Below are positions 13,940 to 28,076 of a stretch of 64,000 bases of DNA, piece after piece. The notes under the pieces were generated by a model that worked only from the letters and a program-made list of their open reading frames with translations, did no database searches and was not told where the DNA came from. The stretch's first letter is position 1; each line of letters opens with the position of its first letter. The DNA is from Podarcis liolepis (lineage: Eukaryota). Where the stretch lies: assembly GCA_965112155.1 (NCBI GenBank), contig OZ218103.1, one strand, 5' to 3'. The position numbers and the translations under genes were made by a program.

Positions 13940-14912
13940 GAATTGTAGAGTTGGAAGGGAACCCAAGGGTCATCTAGTTTGACCTCCAACAATTCAGGAA
14001 TCTCAACTAAAGCATCCATGACAGATGGCCATCCAACCTCTGCTTTAAAACTTCCAATGAAGGAGAGTCCACCACCTCCCGAGGAAGTCGGTTCACTGTC
14101 AAACAGCTCTCATTGTCAGAAAGTTCTTTCTGATGTTTAGTCAGAATCACTTTCTTGTAAGTTTAAGCTATTGGTTCAGGTCCTGAGGAGGAGAAAACAA
14201 GGTTGCTCCATCTTCCATTTGATAGCCCTTTAGATATTTGAAGATGACTATCATAGCTCCACTCAGTTTCCTCTTTACCAGGCTACACATGCCCAACTCC
14301 CTCAGCTGTTCCTCATAAGCATGGGTAAGCAAACTAAGGCCCAATCACCTTCTAAATCCAGCCCGCGGACGGTCCGGGAATCGGCATGCTTTTACATTAG
14401 AATGTGTCCTTTTATTTAAAATGCATCTCTGGGTTATTTGTGGGGCCTGCCTGGTGTTTTTACATGAGTAGAACGTGTCCTTTTATTTAAAATGCATCTC
14501 TGGGTTATTTGTGGGGCATAGGAATTCGTTCATTCTTTTTTTTCAAAATATAGTTCAGCCCCCTACAATGTCTGAGGGACAGTGGACCAGCACCCTGCTG
14601 ATAAAGTTTGCTGACCGCTGATAAGCCTTGGTTTCCAAAGCATCTTGGTTGCCATCCCCTACACACATTCCAGCTTGTCAATATCCATCTTAAATTGTGG
14701 TGCCCCAAACTGGACACACCACTCCAGGTGGGGTCTGACCAAGGCAGGATAGAGTGGTACTATTACTTCCTTTGATCTGCAGACCATACTTCTATTGATG
14801 CAACCTAGAATAGCATTAGCTTTTTTTGCTGCTTGATCACACTGTTGACTCATATTAAGCTTGTGGTCTACTAAGACCCCCTAGATCCTTTTCACATGTG
14901 CTGGCAAGCCCG
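13940..14912 (-). mobile_element. CR1 LINE 3' fragment (RT C-terminus plus 3' tail), interrupted by a hAT MITE
   Basis: ORF 14659-14853 encodes [15 protein letters not shown]...[32 protein letters not shown], a classic CR1 ORF2 motif. The tail matches the SINE tails. Confidence 0.92.
14320..14620. mobile_element. hAT MITE nested in CR1
   Basis: catgggtaagcaaact ... agtttgctgaccgctg, flanked by ataag on both sides (partial TSD). Same family as 38577-38833; carries an internal ~50-bp duplication. Confidence 0.85.
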
Positions 14913-15673
14913 GTTGAGCACCTTCAAAATGAACAGCTTTTTAATGATTTAACACCAGCAGTGGGATGATTTGAAAGGGTATAGGCCTATCCAAACTCAT
15001 ATAAGACAGGCACAAGTCAAGAGAGCATTCCCAGTTTGAATAGCTTACCATTTAAATTCCCACAACTGTTCCACACTAGGAGGCTGTTAATACAAATCTC
15101 AGAGATGTTAAGGTCTGTTAATGAAGATAAGTTAAAAACTGTATGACTCTCAGATTTATAGGGAGGGTAAAATTAAATGCTACCACTAAAACCTGCTATA
15201 ACAAAATCTCGTTAGTGTTAATGTTCATTTATGGTTTGACTTCCCCAAATTTAATTCACCCCTCCTTTTTGGTGCATTTGTGGGACTGACAATTTAAAAT
15301 CTTGAAAGATGGTTTTATGACTTGTTCTGCTGTAAATCAAACTTTTAAAGTTCATAAAAATGGTTAAAATAAAAAATGGTTTAATATGAATGTTTTATGG
15401 TCCATAACATTATTATAGCTGTTTTATTCCCAGTGCGTTATTGCTTTAATTGGGTTGCTACAATTCTTGGGAATCTCAATTTTTATTGGAGTAAATGTAA
15501 TCCTAAATCAAATGACCAAGAATGCCCTCAATATGTTTCCCCAGCTCCATTCTCAGTCATTTTCTTCAGGGATAGAACAAACCAACAAGGGAAATAGATC
15601 CTTTGTTTTCTCATTGGTCCTCTGGCACCATGTGCCGTTCCATATGTTTCTGCCAAACTTTCACTGTTCTTAG

Positions 15674-15886
<213 letters not shown>

Positions 15887-17694
15887 TAAACTTTCCTTGA
15901 ATTTCCAGATTAGTGGTCTAATCAGCTAATTGTGCCAGCAAGCTTATTAGAGTTCTTACCTCTGGCTCTGAGGCATGGAACATGCTATCTTTTTATTTTT
16001 TGTATACAAAAAATCACTGGGTGCAGTCCAAAGCTGTACAGTAACTTTGATGCACACACAGATCACATCACATACCAGGACTGCCCCTTTCTGTCTTTGA
16101 GGGCTTGTCCACACCCCTGTTTGCCTTGCCACTGTCTCCCAGGAAAACCAGAGTTTACTGCTGAATCAGACCAAATGTCAATCAGATTTTCTATGGATTG
16201 CTGTTTGTTCTGATTCAGTTGTAAATAGCGTGTTTTGCAGGGGAAAGCTGCAGGGCAAATGCAAAACTGCTGGGACCTGTGCTTTCTAGGCACGGGACAA
16301 AGGAAGTGTGGGAGAGCCCTGAGTTATGAGTTGCTGTTCCTATGAAATGGGACTATCTGTGTGTATACCAGAACTAGAAGCATTCTCTTAAAGCAGTTAC
16401 TCCTACAGAGCTGCTGTTTCTTCAATGCTCTATTTGAAAATTGTTGCAATGGGTGCTAATTTCAAATATCCAGGGTTCTCAGATGTCCCCACTGAAATTA
16501 TCACAAAATTAACCAATTTGGTAAGAAATTAGGCCGGCCGGCAAAGGACCTATTCAGATGTTATCCTCTTGATGTGTGCATCAAAACTTGTGCAATTCAG
16601 CATTCCCGACCCTGCTGTCCTCTGGATATTCTGAGCATCAACCCTGGCCATTTGCCATGGCCATGGGTTGGGCTGCTGGGAGATGTGGTCAAAAACATCT
16701 AGAGGGCACCAGGGTGGTACTGTACACCTAAAATGTAATTTGTGGCTAGACCGTGGCTGTTTGGGAAATGGCTGTGTCTATTATTCTCACGTTTTGGTTT
16801 GGGGAAGAAATCAGTGGGTAATTTTGACTCAGCCCTAAAGTGGAAACTTGTGTATCCTCAAAGAGCCGTATTGATTATAGTTTGCTCTCAAGTGTGCACT
16901 CAGTCATTAACCCAGATATGCTGCTGTTTTGTTTGCAAGATACCAAAGAACTACATATTGCAGTAAAATGAGCTGCATGCCTATCCATTTTTAGAAAAGT
17001 TGAATAAATCATAATTGGTTATTGGTTATCTTTTTCTTGCGAGATAATTAATTATAATTTGGGCTTTATTATATTGCTTTGTTATTTGCTATCATTTATT
17101 CTCCTAATTTCCTTATGGCAATTATAAAAGGAATGTTGGGAGGTGATCAAGTCCTGATTGTGGAGGGCACAACTGTTTTATCAAAGAATGAAACTGGGAT
17201 TGAAATTAAATAACAAATTTGAGAATTTGGACATATTTATTTTTGCCATCTGTTTCTGGCAAAAGTTTGTGTTGAATGAAATAATTGCTGTACGTTTTTC
17301 TGTAACAAAAATGCTGAGATGTTTTGCTGAAGTTACAAGTGAAATGGATTTTCAGCTCTTTCATTCTGCTGGCTAGTTTGTGAGGAAAAGGTCTAAGTAC
17401 CACCGACCTCTTTTCATAAAAATTTCAAAATATTTATTTCAAAACACCAAATGAAAACTATGAAGGGAATACTTTGTAGAGACAGCACCATTACAACTAT
17501 CTGCAACAACTTATCTCTGCTTGCAATTAACTGGGTTTGCATCCACACTATACCTGTAAGGCACATTCTATCCCTCAAAGAATTCTGGGCCCAGTAGTTT
17601 ACCCTCCACAGAGTTACAATTCCCAGCAACCCTTAATAGTGCCCAGAGTTCTTTGAGGGGGGAATGCTTTGAATATGCTTTAAAGTTATGGTGT

Positions 17695-18082
17695 GTAAAG
17701 GTAAAAGGTAGGTAAAGGACCCCTGGATGGTTAAGTCCAGTCAAAGGCAACTATGGGGTTGCAGCGCTCATCTCGCTTTCAGGCCGAGGGAGCTGGCATT
17801 TGTCCACAGACAGCTTTCCGGGTCATGTGGCCAGCATGACTAAATTGCTTCTGGCGCAACGGAACACTGTGACGGAAACCAGAGCACACGGAAATGCCGT
17901 TTACCTTCCTGCCACAGCGGTACCTATTTATCTACTTGCACTGTTGTGCTTTCGAACTGCTAGGTTGGCAGGAGCTGGGACAGATCAACAGGAAGATCAA
18001 CAGGAGCTCACTCTGTTGTGGAGATTCGAACTGCCGACCTTCCAATCGGCAATCCCAAGAGGCTCAGTGGTTTAGACCACAG
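17695..18082 (-). mobile_element. Sauria SINE, near full length
   Basis: (gtaaag)n tail, ggtcatgtggccagcatgact core, tacctatttatctacttgcac, and a tRNA-like head (gattcgaactgccgacc...tcagtggtttagaccacag). Confidence 0.9.
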
Positions 18083-19031
18083 TATAAAGCCCTTTTGAGA
18101 GTTCTTCTGGGCAAGGACCCCTGATTTGGAGGATAGAACTCAAGCTGTATTCAAGCAATATCAATATTGAACTATTCAGAGTCAGAAGTTGCCATTAGAG
18201 CATTTGCACACTAAGTCTCCACAGTTGTTGCTAATATTGATATTGATATCTCTGATTGCGCAGATGGCATGCAAATGAAGCCCTATTTACTCTCTCTGCA
18301 TTTGCATTATGTATTGGTGCAAAGCTAGATCTAAAAATAGAATGATTCAGTGCTCTCACCCCTTAATTACATCCACAGGAATATTCATATTTATCTGAGC
18401 ATTAATCAAGAGTGAAGCTTCAGAAAATTTTGTAATGATTCACTTACTCGCCTCCTAATTTATGGGGATCCCTTTAATCCTGCTGTCACCCAGAAGGGAA
18501 GAACAGCAAATTAAGAAACTAGCCTGAGCTGGTCATAGCAAAACAAGGATTTGCTTAAAAACAAGGCATAAGAAATATCAAACAGACAGACAGTGGCTAG
18601 TCTAGCTTTCATCTACTGCCAAAACAAAACAAAACCCTGTTCCAATCCCCTGGTGAATAATAGTAGACTCCTCACATGGCATGGGCAGATACTGCACAAT
18701 TTGTCATCTTACATTAAGCTGCTACTGTGTGTAGTAGCTATAGTAGCCAAGATTACTTAGGTTTAGAAGGTTTTGTTTTCAATTCTAACTGGATGGCGAC
18801 TGTGTTTCACCTAATCAGTTCTTTTATCCAAGGTCGTGTGGTTGCACATAATGGTGCCCATATCCATCATAAAGTACAAAAAATATCTGGCGTATTTTGC
18901 AATAGAATGGCAGACTGTTTGTGAAAGACTGTGGCTTGATAGTGTGTTCACATTTTCACTGCTTTTTAAATAAGCCACTAAATTTGCCTTCACTGTTAGA
19001 AAATTGTGGACGAAGTAAGACAGAGATATAA

Positions 19032-19334
<303 letters not shown>

Positions 19335-20188
19335 TAACCAGTAATGTTAACAAAGAAACATCAAAATCTGTTTGGGAAGCAGCATATTAGCTGGCCACCT
19401 GTAGAGCTTTGTGAAAATGAGACCATTGTTCTCATTATGCTTTTGGGTTGCTGATGAACAGGTGAAAAAGCAACCCTCTTGCACCTTAAAGCTTCTTGCA
19501 CCTTAAATGTCACCCCAGGGTCCCATATTTTATTAATACTTGACTGGCTGGTCCAGCACCAGAGTTTTGATCCTGTATCTCTTTTTCATCAGTGCATGAA
19601 GCAATGGTAAGACACAAGTGAGTTAATATTATTATTCTTCCGGGGCAGTCGCACGTGATCTCACTTCCAATACTTTTTGCAAAAGTTTTGGAATGATCAC
19701 ACTGCTTCATTTCCAATCAGTGTCTATCCTGTAACTTCATGCTGAAAACCTGTAACTTTTTATATTGCATATATTCTGGTTTGCTTTTATCCTGCTTTTG
19801 TTGCAGACAGCAATGGGGAAGCACCTAAAATGCCAAACCACATATATTGGACTATTATTGTATCACTAACATGCTGTAGAATACACCTGCAATTAAACAC
19901 CAGTTTGGATAATATATATAAATTTTTGTGCTTTCTTTTAACATTTTTATTTGCCGCATTCTGGGATTGTTTGTAACAATGAAGACTGAGTGGCACATGA
20001 GTGGCACATATATTTAAAATAACTATCAGTTAATAATAACAGGGGCAGCTTTACAGTCTGTAAATGAGTCTGTGAAGTTACTGAGGCTGGTTCAGCTCAG
20101 CCCTGCCTATCCTAATACTGTCCTGCAACTGCCTCTGCTGATGATTTGTGGCCAAATACCCTCACACTCTCGTCTCTGCTCCCATCAG

Positions 20189-20358
20189 GGTACGCTGCAA
20201 AAGTTTGTGGATGACTTGTTCGAGACCTTGTTCAGCACTGTGCACCGAGGCAGCGCTCTCCCGCTGGCCATCAAATATATGTTTGATTTCTTGGATGAGC
20301 AAGCGGATAAGCATGGCATCCACGACACTGACGTGAGGCACACATGGAAGAGCAACTG
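20189..20358 (+). CDS. PLXNA2: Plexin-A2 coding exon 6 of 9 (GAP C2 segment)
   Basis: ccatcag|GGT ... AAC TG|gtgaga; 170 nt, phase 0/2. Encodes [56 protein letters not shown](C). Confidence 0.97.
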
Positions 20359-20765
20359 GTGAGAGGGGTCAAAGTTTATGAGTGTGCACAAAAATTGCTG
20401 AGATACGGGAATGTGTAAGTCCTTGTGGTCAGAGCAGGGTTTGTCTCATTCAGTTGGAGGCCTCCTGAGCCTATCACAGAACTGTCTAGATCATGTCCAG
20501 CTTGCTTTCTGAAGGCAAACACAGTTTTGGATTCTCCATATTGCTCTAAAAGTAGAAGGAGCCATTTTTTTACTTGTGAACTAGCATGTTCTGTTGCATT
20601 TCGTGGGGCCTTAGGCATACATTTTTCACAAGGAGAAATCCTTCTTCCAGCAGATCTATTTAGTTGGATACCGACCATTGATATAGCAGAGTCTTCCACA
20701 AAGCAGTCCCCTTCCTCCTTAATTTAAAATCATAATCTCTTACTTTTTAAAATGGGAAACATCAG

Positions 20766-20885
20766 TAGGGCTGCCATACGTCTGGGTTTTCCTGGACACG
20801 TCCAGGAATTCAGCTGGAAAATGGCGTCCAGGCAGATTTTCAGCAAATCAGAAAAATGTCTGGGAAACCCCAGATATATGGCAAT
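20766..20885. mobile_element. hAT (Tip100-like) MITE remnant
   Basis: tagggctgccatacgtctgggttttcctggaca ... tgtctgggaaaccccagatatatggcaa forms an inverted repeat; related to 29403. Confidence 0.6.
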
Positions 20886-22431
20886 ATGGGTTAATTTTTT
20901 TTTTTAATCCTTTAAAAATTCAGGTGTGAAGCAGGGCCAGTGAGGGGTGTGGTCTGGGGACAGTTCTGAGGCCCAGAGGCCCCAGGCCTGAGGTCTGCCC
21001 CCTCCCCCACTCTAGGAGAAGCAGGTAATATATGTGAGCAAGAGGAGTGTAGCTGTGCTTCTTGAAAGGAATGAGAAGGGAAAAAAGAAAAGGGAAAGGA
21101 CTTTGTATCACAGGAAATAGCCACCAGGGAAGCTGCAAACCACCTCTGGTATGAGTTGGAGATAATAAAAAGAAAAAACCAAGGCAGAATATGCTCTCCT
21201 TGATATAGCTGGGCATTTCTGGGCAAACCTGATCTGTATTGAATTGCCTTGTTCAAATTCATAGTGCAGTGGATCAGGGGCAGCCAAGGGAAGGCAAATT
21301 CAGAGACTCAGATTAAAGTCTGTTCATTGTCTAAAAGCCTTTCAAGCTTGAAACAAACAAAAGAAATAGTTCTCCTGAAAATTCTTATTTGGTTACTCCT
21401 GAAAAAGAAAGTGGATTTCATTGTGCTCAGATCCATTTCTAACTAAGTACTTATTCTTACTGGAAGTATTTAAGTAGAGTTGCTGATTCTTTTCCTGTTC
21501 AGCTCTTTTTTTCTAATATTTTATTCAGCTTTATAGTTGTAGCACCATCTGCTTCCCTCAGACAACAATACAAATTACGTCCTTGGTGTCTTGTGCAGAA
21601 TTTACTGTGTTTGAAACTATTTCTCTAGCACAGAATGATCAGATTTGCTTAAAGAGCAGTCACATAAAAACCTGCCATCCTCCCTATCAGATCAGCACCA
21701 AAGCTACCAAAAAGAAATACAATTTCAATTTGTGGTCTGCTGGCCTGTCAATACTCGCATAGCCACAACCCATATTCTGGTTGATGGCCACACTGGCAGA
21801 AACCTAAGCTGATAGTAGCCTAGTTCATCTGAAGCTGTAGTGACCATTTGCTCAACAACCAATATGGAGAAGTAGCTGAATCAGGAATGATTTTCAGTGT
21901 TTGAAGTAATGAAAATAGACTTCTGAGGCTTTCAGGACTAAAGGTACAATAAAGGACACACTTATTTCTACTCCATCCAGCAGAGGGCCCTGCTTCACCA
22001 GATTCACTATTTTGTTCTTGACAATGATAAAACCCTAACACTTCAAAGAAAGCACAAGATTTGTATTAGGAAAGTGTGGAATAATTTGACCTCAACGTCG
22101 CTCAGTATATAGCCATTTATTTTCAGGACAGAGGCTTGGGATTGATTCCTACCTGTCTCTCTTTAATTATTCCAGCCTTATTAATTATTCCATTACTTGA
22201 TAGTGTTATCACATCTAGAGCTGATTGAGTGATGCTCTCTCAGTCAGCAGAGCCAGAAACACAATCCATGTTTGCTGAATTTGCAGAGAGGCGCCTAAAG
22301 GGCAAAGGCAGCATTCTCCACTTTATCACTGAGAAGAGGTGACAGGTTTTGGAAAAGGCTGGACAGGAGCTGAGGAGGGGAAGCCGACATGAAGTCACCC
22401 TAAAAGTGCAGTTGTAGCGAAGACCAGGGAA

Positions 22432-22626
22432 GGACCGGAGCTCAGTGGAAGAGCATCTGCTTTGCATGCAGGAGGTCTCAGGTTCAAACTCCAGGTAGGG
22501 TTAGGGGAGATCTGTATCTGAGATCGCAGAGAGCCACTGCCAGTCAGTGTAGAGTAGACTATAGACAGAACTCAACTATATGGACCAAGGGTCTGAATCC
22601 ATATAAGGCAGCTTCTTAGGTTCCTA
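22432..22626 (+). mobile_element. tRNA-derived SINE (Squam3-like)
   Basis: A-box agctcagtgg, gagcatctgctttgcatgcag, B-box ggttcaaact, body gagagccactgccagtcagtgtaga, tail ataaggcagcttcttaggttccta. Confidence 0.8.
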
Positions 22627-23018
22627 AGACTCTGCCAAATGTTCATGAATTTCATAAGTCTCATTTTAAACCCTTATCACACCCCTGTACTTGTGGTAGG
22701 GTGGGGCAGGCTGTAACTATTTTGTAAATAAATTTTTATTGGTTTCCATAGATGCATTGCAAGATCTAAGCAGACAAACTAAACATTAGCATAACAATTA
22801 CCTGGTTGCTGGTGAGATCCCAAGGGGGAAGCCTGTTATTATTAACATGCATGTTTGAGAGCTTCCCCACTCTGCAGTTTGTCTGTCCAAACCCCCAAAA
22901 CCTTAAAAATGAACTTTTAGGAGATGAAAGAAAAGTCTCAAAGGGGCTATTGGAAGTAGAACAAAAACAACCTGAAAGGATAGTTGTTACTTACCTTAGT
23001 TGTAACAACTACTTAATT

Positions 23019-23195
23019 CAGTGGTTTCCAAACCCTTTTATTGCACACGAACCACTTGAAAATTGCTGAGGGTCTTGGAGGGTCACTTAATAATTTTTTT
23101 CTGCCTTTTGTAGCAATTGTAATGTGCAATCATATTTTTACAGACACACTACAGATCACCTGAATGTGGTCCATGGACCAGTTAGGGAACTCCCG
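23019..23195. mobile_element. hAT (Charlie-like) MITE remnant
   Basis: Termini cagtggtttccaaac ... gttagggaactccc with internal gtggtccatggacca. Confidence 0.5.
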
Positions 23196-23883
23196 ACTTA
23201 GTTTGAGCATCTAACAGATGTGACTGGTCAAGTACCCACTTCCCAAGTGTGTTTGATGAGTTTCACCCAAAATCTTGCTTACGAGATAGGGTGTCTGAGA
23301 GGAGGTCATGCTTCAATCAAGTACAACTGATTCAAGCAGCAGTTTATTCCACACTTTCAGAACAATTGCTGCTTTTACATCTTTCTCTTGGCTTTTATTT
23401 TAGGATTAAGAATTCCCTGTGTTAGAAATTTACCATTGGAAGGAGAATAAAAGCTCATACATATACCAAGCATGAACCCCCAGACAATGTGTGTGTTGTG
23501 TGTGTGTTCTTCAATCCCTTGTGGTTTGAAAAGCCTCTAATCATCCTGTCTGCCAAAGCCAGATTCCCTGCTAAGGCAGTAGGGAGCTAAAAACAATTTA
23601 ACAGAAGCTTTAGAGGAATGAGTTATTAGGATAAAATGTTGGAATCTGGAATAAAATGACACATCTTAATGCTACCAAGTGGCGCTGATGAGTAGAGATT
23701 TCCACCCCCTGTGGCTGCCAGACCCCATGAGCCTTTAGTACAGAGAGATCCTCAACCGTAGCTGATCTCTGCATACAGCAGCTGGGGGAGTGGAATCTTG
23801 AAAGGAGAGACAGACACTCCTGTGTCCAAATTCCAACCGGCATCCAAATCTTCCTCTTTCAACTGTGATCATGCAAACACAAA

Positions 23884-23992
23884 AAGCTGCCTTACACTAA
23901 GTCAGATCATTGGTCCATTTAGCTCAGCAAAAGTGTCCACGCCCTTCCTGCCATCTGAGATATTTTAACTGGAAATACCAAGGATCGAACCT
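23884..23992 (-). mobile_element. Squam3-like SINE fragment
   Basis: aagctgccttacactaagtcagatcattggtccatttagctcag is the reverse complement of the 22432 SINE tail; B-box-like ggatcgaacct. Confidence 0.55.
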
Positions 23993-26748
23993 AGGGATAG
24001 ATTAATCTCTTTCCAGCTCATGTCATTTTTGCATCTTTTTTAACCATACAGTAGTCCCATTCCATCTCTGCATTAATCTGTGAATACATGTCTTAATTGT
24101 GTCAAAATGCATCTTGAAATACATATTTCAATATCTATTTAATTGTGCAATTTCTCTCAAAACACATTGTTTTGATTTATCTCAAAATTTTTTTTTGATT
24201 TAAAAAAAACCCTATTTTGGTACGCTCAAACTGCTAAGAACTGTAGCACAACATTTGGAGAAGTGCACAGTGTATTGCATAGCTAGGTTCCAATCCACAC
24301 ATTAGTCCAAGAGGTCATTTGGTCAGGGCAATTCGGTACAGCAATTTGTGAAGACGGAATTCTTCAAATCATCTTAGTTGGGCCTTGGATTTTCTACATG
24401 CAAAGTTCGTATCCTGCGATTGACCTGTTGCCCTTTCCCGAGCACTCAGATCCTTCCACAGCTGGACTCAGGAAAAGGAAAGCAAGAACTTAATATTTAT
24501 TTCATGGTTTTAATTTGTATGCCTGCATACAAATTGCATATAAGATTGCATATACTTGCAGGAAGCATTTCTGGAGTGGGCAAGTTCCCCTTTTTGACCT
24601 GCTTTTTGGCAGCTGCTGAATGATAAATTGAGGGTTTCTTTCCAATCCTCGCTGCCACCACACTGCCAGCAGCAACTTGCTTATGTGAGACAGAACTTGC
24701 CTCTTTCCAAATCTATCTAGTCCTTCTTAGTATCACCCGCCCCCCCAGTACATCTGCTACATTTGGAGCTGGCTAGTAATTACTGAAATCAAATAAATGT
24801 GCAGATTGAATTTAATGCAGAGGGTATCATAAGCGATCTAGAAAGAAAAGCATGTTGTCCCAGGCCTTCCAAGAAAAAAAACTTAAGATGCCTTGCACCT
24901 TTTCTATGGGATTCTCTTATGCCTCTTTTGGATTCGTTCATTCCCACAGCACATATACAGCCTGGCAAATAGTGCTATCAGCCAGGGGGAAGCAGTGCTG
25001 TTTTTACAAATGGGGAATCAAACTCACTGAGATTTAGGACAATGCCCGGCATTAGCAGCAGATTTTGGCAGTTGACCCAAGCTGCCCAGACTATTTAGTG
25101 CTAGAGCACCATCTTTTTTCTTTCCTGGGTGTTGTCGCTCCACTGAAGGAGGGGTTACTCTTATCCCCTGATTGTCCCGAAGAAAGAAAGATTTAAGCAT
25201 TATAGTGTTTTGAAGATTGAGGTGTTTTACTGGTGCTGTGAAGGTCAGTCAGGAGAAGTGTTGAGTGAAGTAACTGAAAGTTACTGAAAGAACAAGGTTG
25301 GCAATTTGTGGGAATTACACTCTTTTGCAGACTGGGAAATGCTTATTGGACAGAATCCAAGTTGGAACAGCAGAGAAACAATCTAGCTTAGCATTGGGTG
25401 CACACAGTAGTTCATCTTTATTAAAGCAGGATTCCCTGTCACACACTCAAAAGCTAGCAGGAAGTGGCAGCTTTGTTTTGATCCTGCCACAGAGGAAAGT
25501 GAATCATATATTGCAGATGCCTAGGATTTAGAAGGAAAGCCTCTAACTCGCCGTCCAAGAGGACAGGGCAACAGGCAGTCATCCTCTGCTTTTTTGTTGC
25601 AAGCATCTGGCAAAGCAGTAAGAAAATGGCTAAAAGTGCCTATGACTTTGTAGTGTGAAACTGACGCTGCAAGTCTTGAGCTGCATGAACAATTGGGAGA
25701 AGGGGTTCTAGAGATTTGTCAGAAACATGTCTCAGTGTTGCACCTCATCATGAACACAGTCAAAAGAAACCTGCCTGTTGTCATGTTCCACTGCTGACAG
25801 TTTAAGGAAAGATGTAAGGAATTAGCCCCTGTGTATTAGTAAAATGCAGTGTGCAGGAGTTTAGCAGCCAGTCAAGTTTCCTCAAGAACTGCAGTGCTCT
25901 TTGTGACTTATTCCTGGTTCAGCTCATGTATTTATTTCTTATGTCTTTAACACAACTGATCTATTCACTATAGAACAGAAGCCCAGAGGCGAAATCTCCC
26001 TGGACAGGTATTCAGGAGGGAATCAAGCCCACAGTGGGCAGTAATTTCCCCTGGAGATTCATGATCCCTCTAGTACATTTTATGATTGTGTTTGTCAAGC
26101 TGAACTGTTTTTTAAAAACTGGAAAACAACACATTTTCAAGCCCAACTATGACCCAAAATTGGGCATATGCTCTTAAGTCTGCATTGATATTATCAGAAG
26201 CATTGCAGAATCTAGCCTGTCCCTAAATCTCTCATAGATACTCAGGATCACTACACTTCCCCCCCCCAACCTTACCTTACCTGCTGACAGGTTTAGACTT
26301 ATTCAATTTATACTTCATTTCCCACTTTAAAAAATCTTGAAGTGATTTACAACCCAAGTAAAAAAATAAAAAAATTAAAATTGCATAAACATTATTAAAA
26401 ACAGATTTCACAGCACAATAGCATATAATTGCAGCCTAAATCTCCAGGAAAACATAAGCATCTCTGCCTGACATCTGAAATGATTACAAGTTTGGCACCA
26501 GGGGAATTCCCTGGGGAAAGCATTTCTTCTGGTCTGCCAGAGGGAAGGAAGCAACTCAGTTTTCCCTCTTGGCATAGAAACATAGGAAATAGCCCAATCT
26601 ATTCTGACTTGAAGTGGCTCTCCAAGATCTGAGGCCATCCCTTGCTTAAGATTGAATCTGAGAGACTGAATACTGAGCTAAATTAAAAACCCATTCCCTA
26701 GAAATACTCAGTGGTTAAGCAGTAGTGGGCAGCATGGTGAAACGAAGA

Positions 26749-26938
26749 TGCTTACCTGACCTCTCAGCAGGTGAGTCACTGCTGCTTACCAAGAGGGGCA
26801 AGGCTGCGGAGAGGGTAGCATAGTGCAAACACACTGGCAGGAGCACAGGGTTGGCTCAGCCAGTCATTTGCACTTCACCACCACCTCACCTCTCCTGGTA
26901 AGCAGCAGCGACTCATCTGCCAAGAGATTGGGTGAGCA
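26749..26938. repeat. Foldback (inverted-repeat) element, probable MITE
   Basis: ~50-bp arms gcttacctgacctctcagcaggtgagtcactgctgcttaccaagagg and cctctcctggtaagcagcagcgactcatctgccaagagattgggtgagc are reverse complements. Confidence 0.8.
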
Positions 26939-27732
26939 CCTCTGCCCTACCACACCACCTGCAGCTGTATTCAAGGCAAGAATTATAAGTCACCAAGTTT
27001 ACTTTCTAAACCAAGGAATTATCAAGTATGGCAATATCACTAATTTTCTCCAGCAGTGGATGAAAATAGCTGTTGACATGCCTAGGACCAGCCATTATTC
27101 ACAAACTTCTGTAAAGAACATTTATGCAATCAAAATGTATAATTCTCTTTCTGAGGATGGTTACCTGGAGTTTGAAACAGATACTCATTTTTTTTTTTAA
27201 ATAGGAACACAGAGTTTTTGTTTTTTCTCAGAGGATAATGTTGGCCTTTATGAGCAAAAGAGACAAGCAAGTAAATGAACACAACACCGGCTCTCTTCAG
27301 ATTAATTAAAAATTAAAGAGAAGGGCTGACACTCTCTAAAAAAAACTTATTGTGAGTTGGCTCTGGGTACACAGGACGAGCCTATTGGCACAATATATGC
27401 AACAGGAACCTATTAACATATTAAATGCAAACACATACCCATTTGGAGAGTAGCCATAGAACAGGATTTGCACAGAACTGGCTAGAAGACATAATCACTC
27501 TAGTGAGTGTTCAGCACAAAAACAACAACAAAAACAGTGCAACAAGAAAATCGCTCAAATTTGATTTTGTGTACTTTTCCTAACATCTTACAGGAAAATG
27601 ATTTTGAATTTGGCTGCAGTTTAGTTCCCATTGTAATCTGGTTCTGATTCTTTTTATGTACTGCTTGGAGCCTTTCTTACTAAACATATACTCTTAATTT
27701 TATGTGGGCATTGCATGCTATTTTGTGAGGGA

Positions 27733-27739
27733 GAAAGAA

Positions 27740-27799
<60 letters not shown>
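27733..27799. repeat. (GAAA)n tetranucleotide microsatellite
   Basis: About 16 units ending ~63 nt upstream of the exon 7 acceptor. Confidence 0.95.
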
Positions 27800-27800
<1 letters not shown>

Positions 27801-27833
27801 TGGTGAGAGAAGATATGTTATTCTCTTCCTTGA

Positions 27834-28076
<243 letters not shown>

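Noticed and set aside
19448-19476. ctgatga...gaaa minimal hammerhead in an intron
   Set aside because: Stem II is at most 2 bp, and there is no stem III or UH cleavage site.
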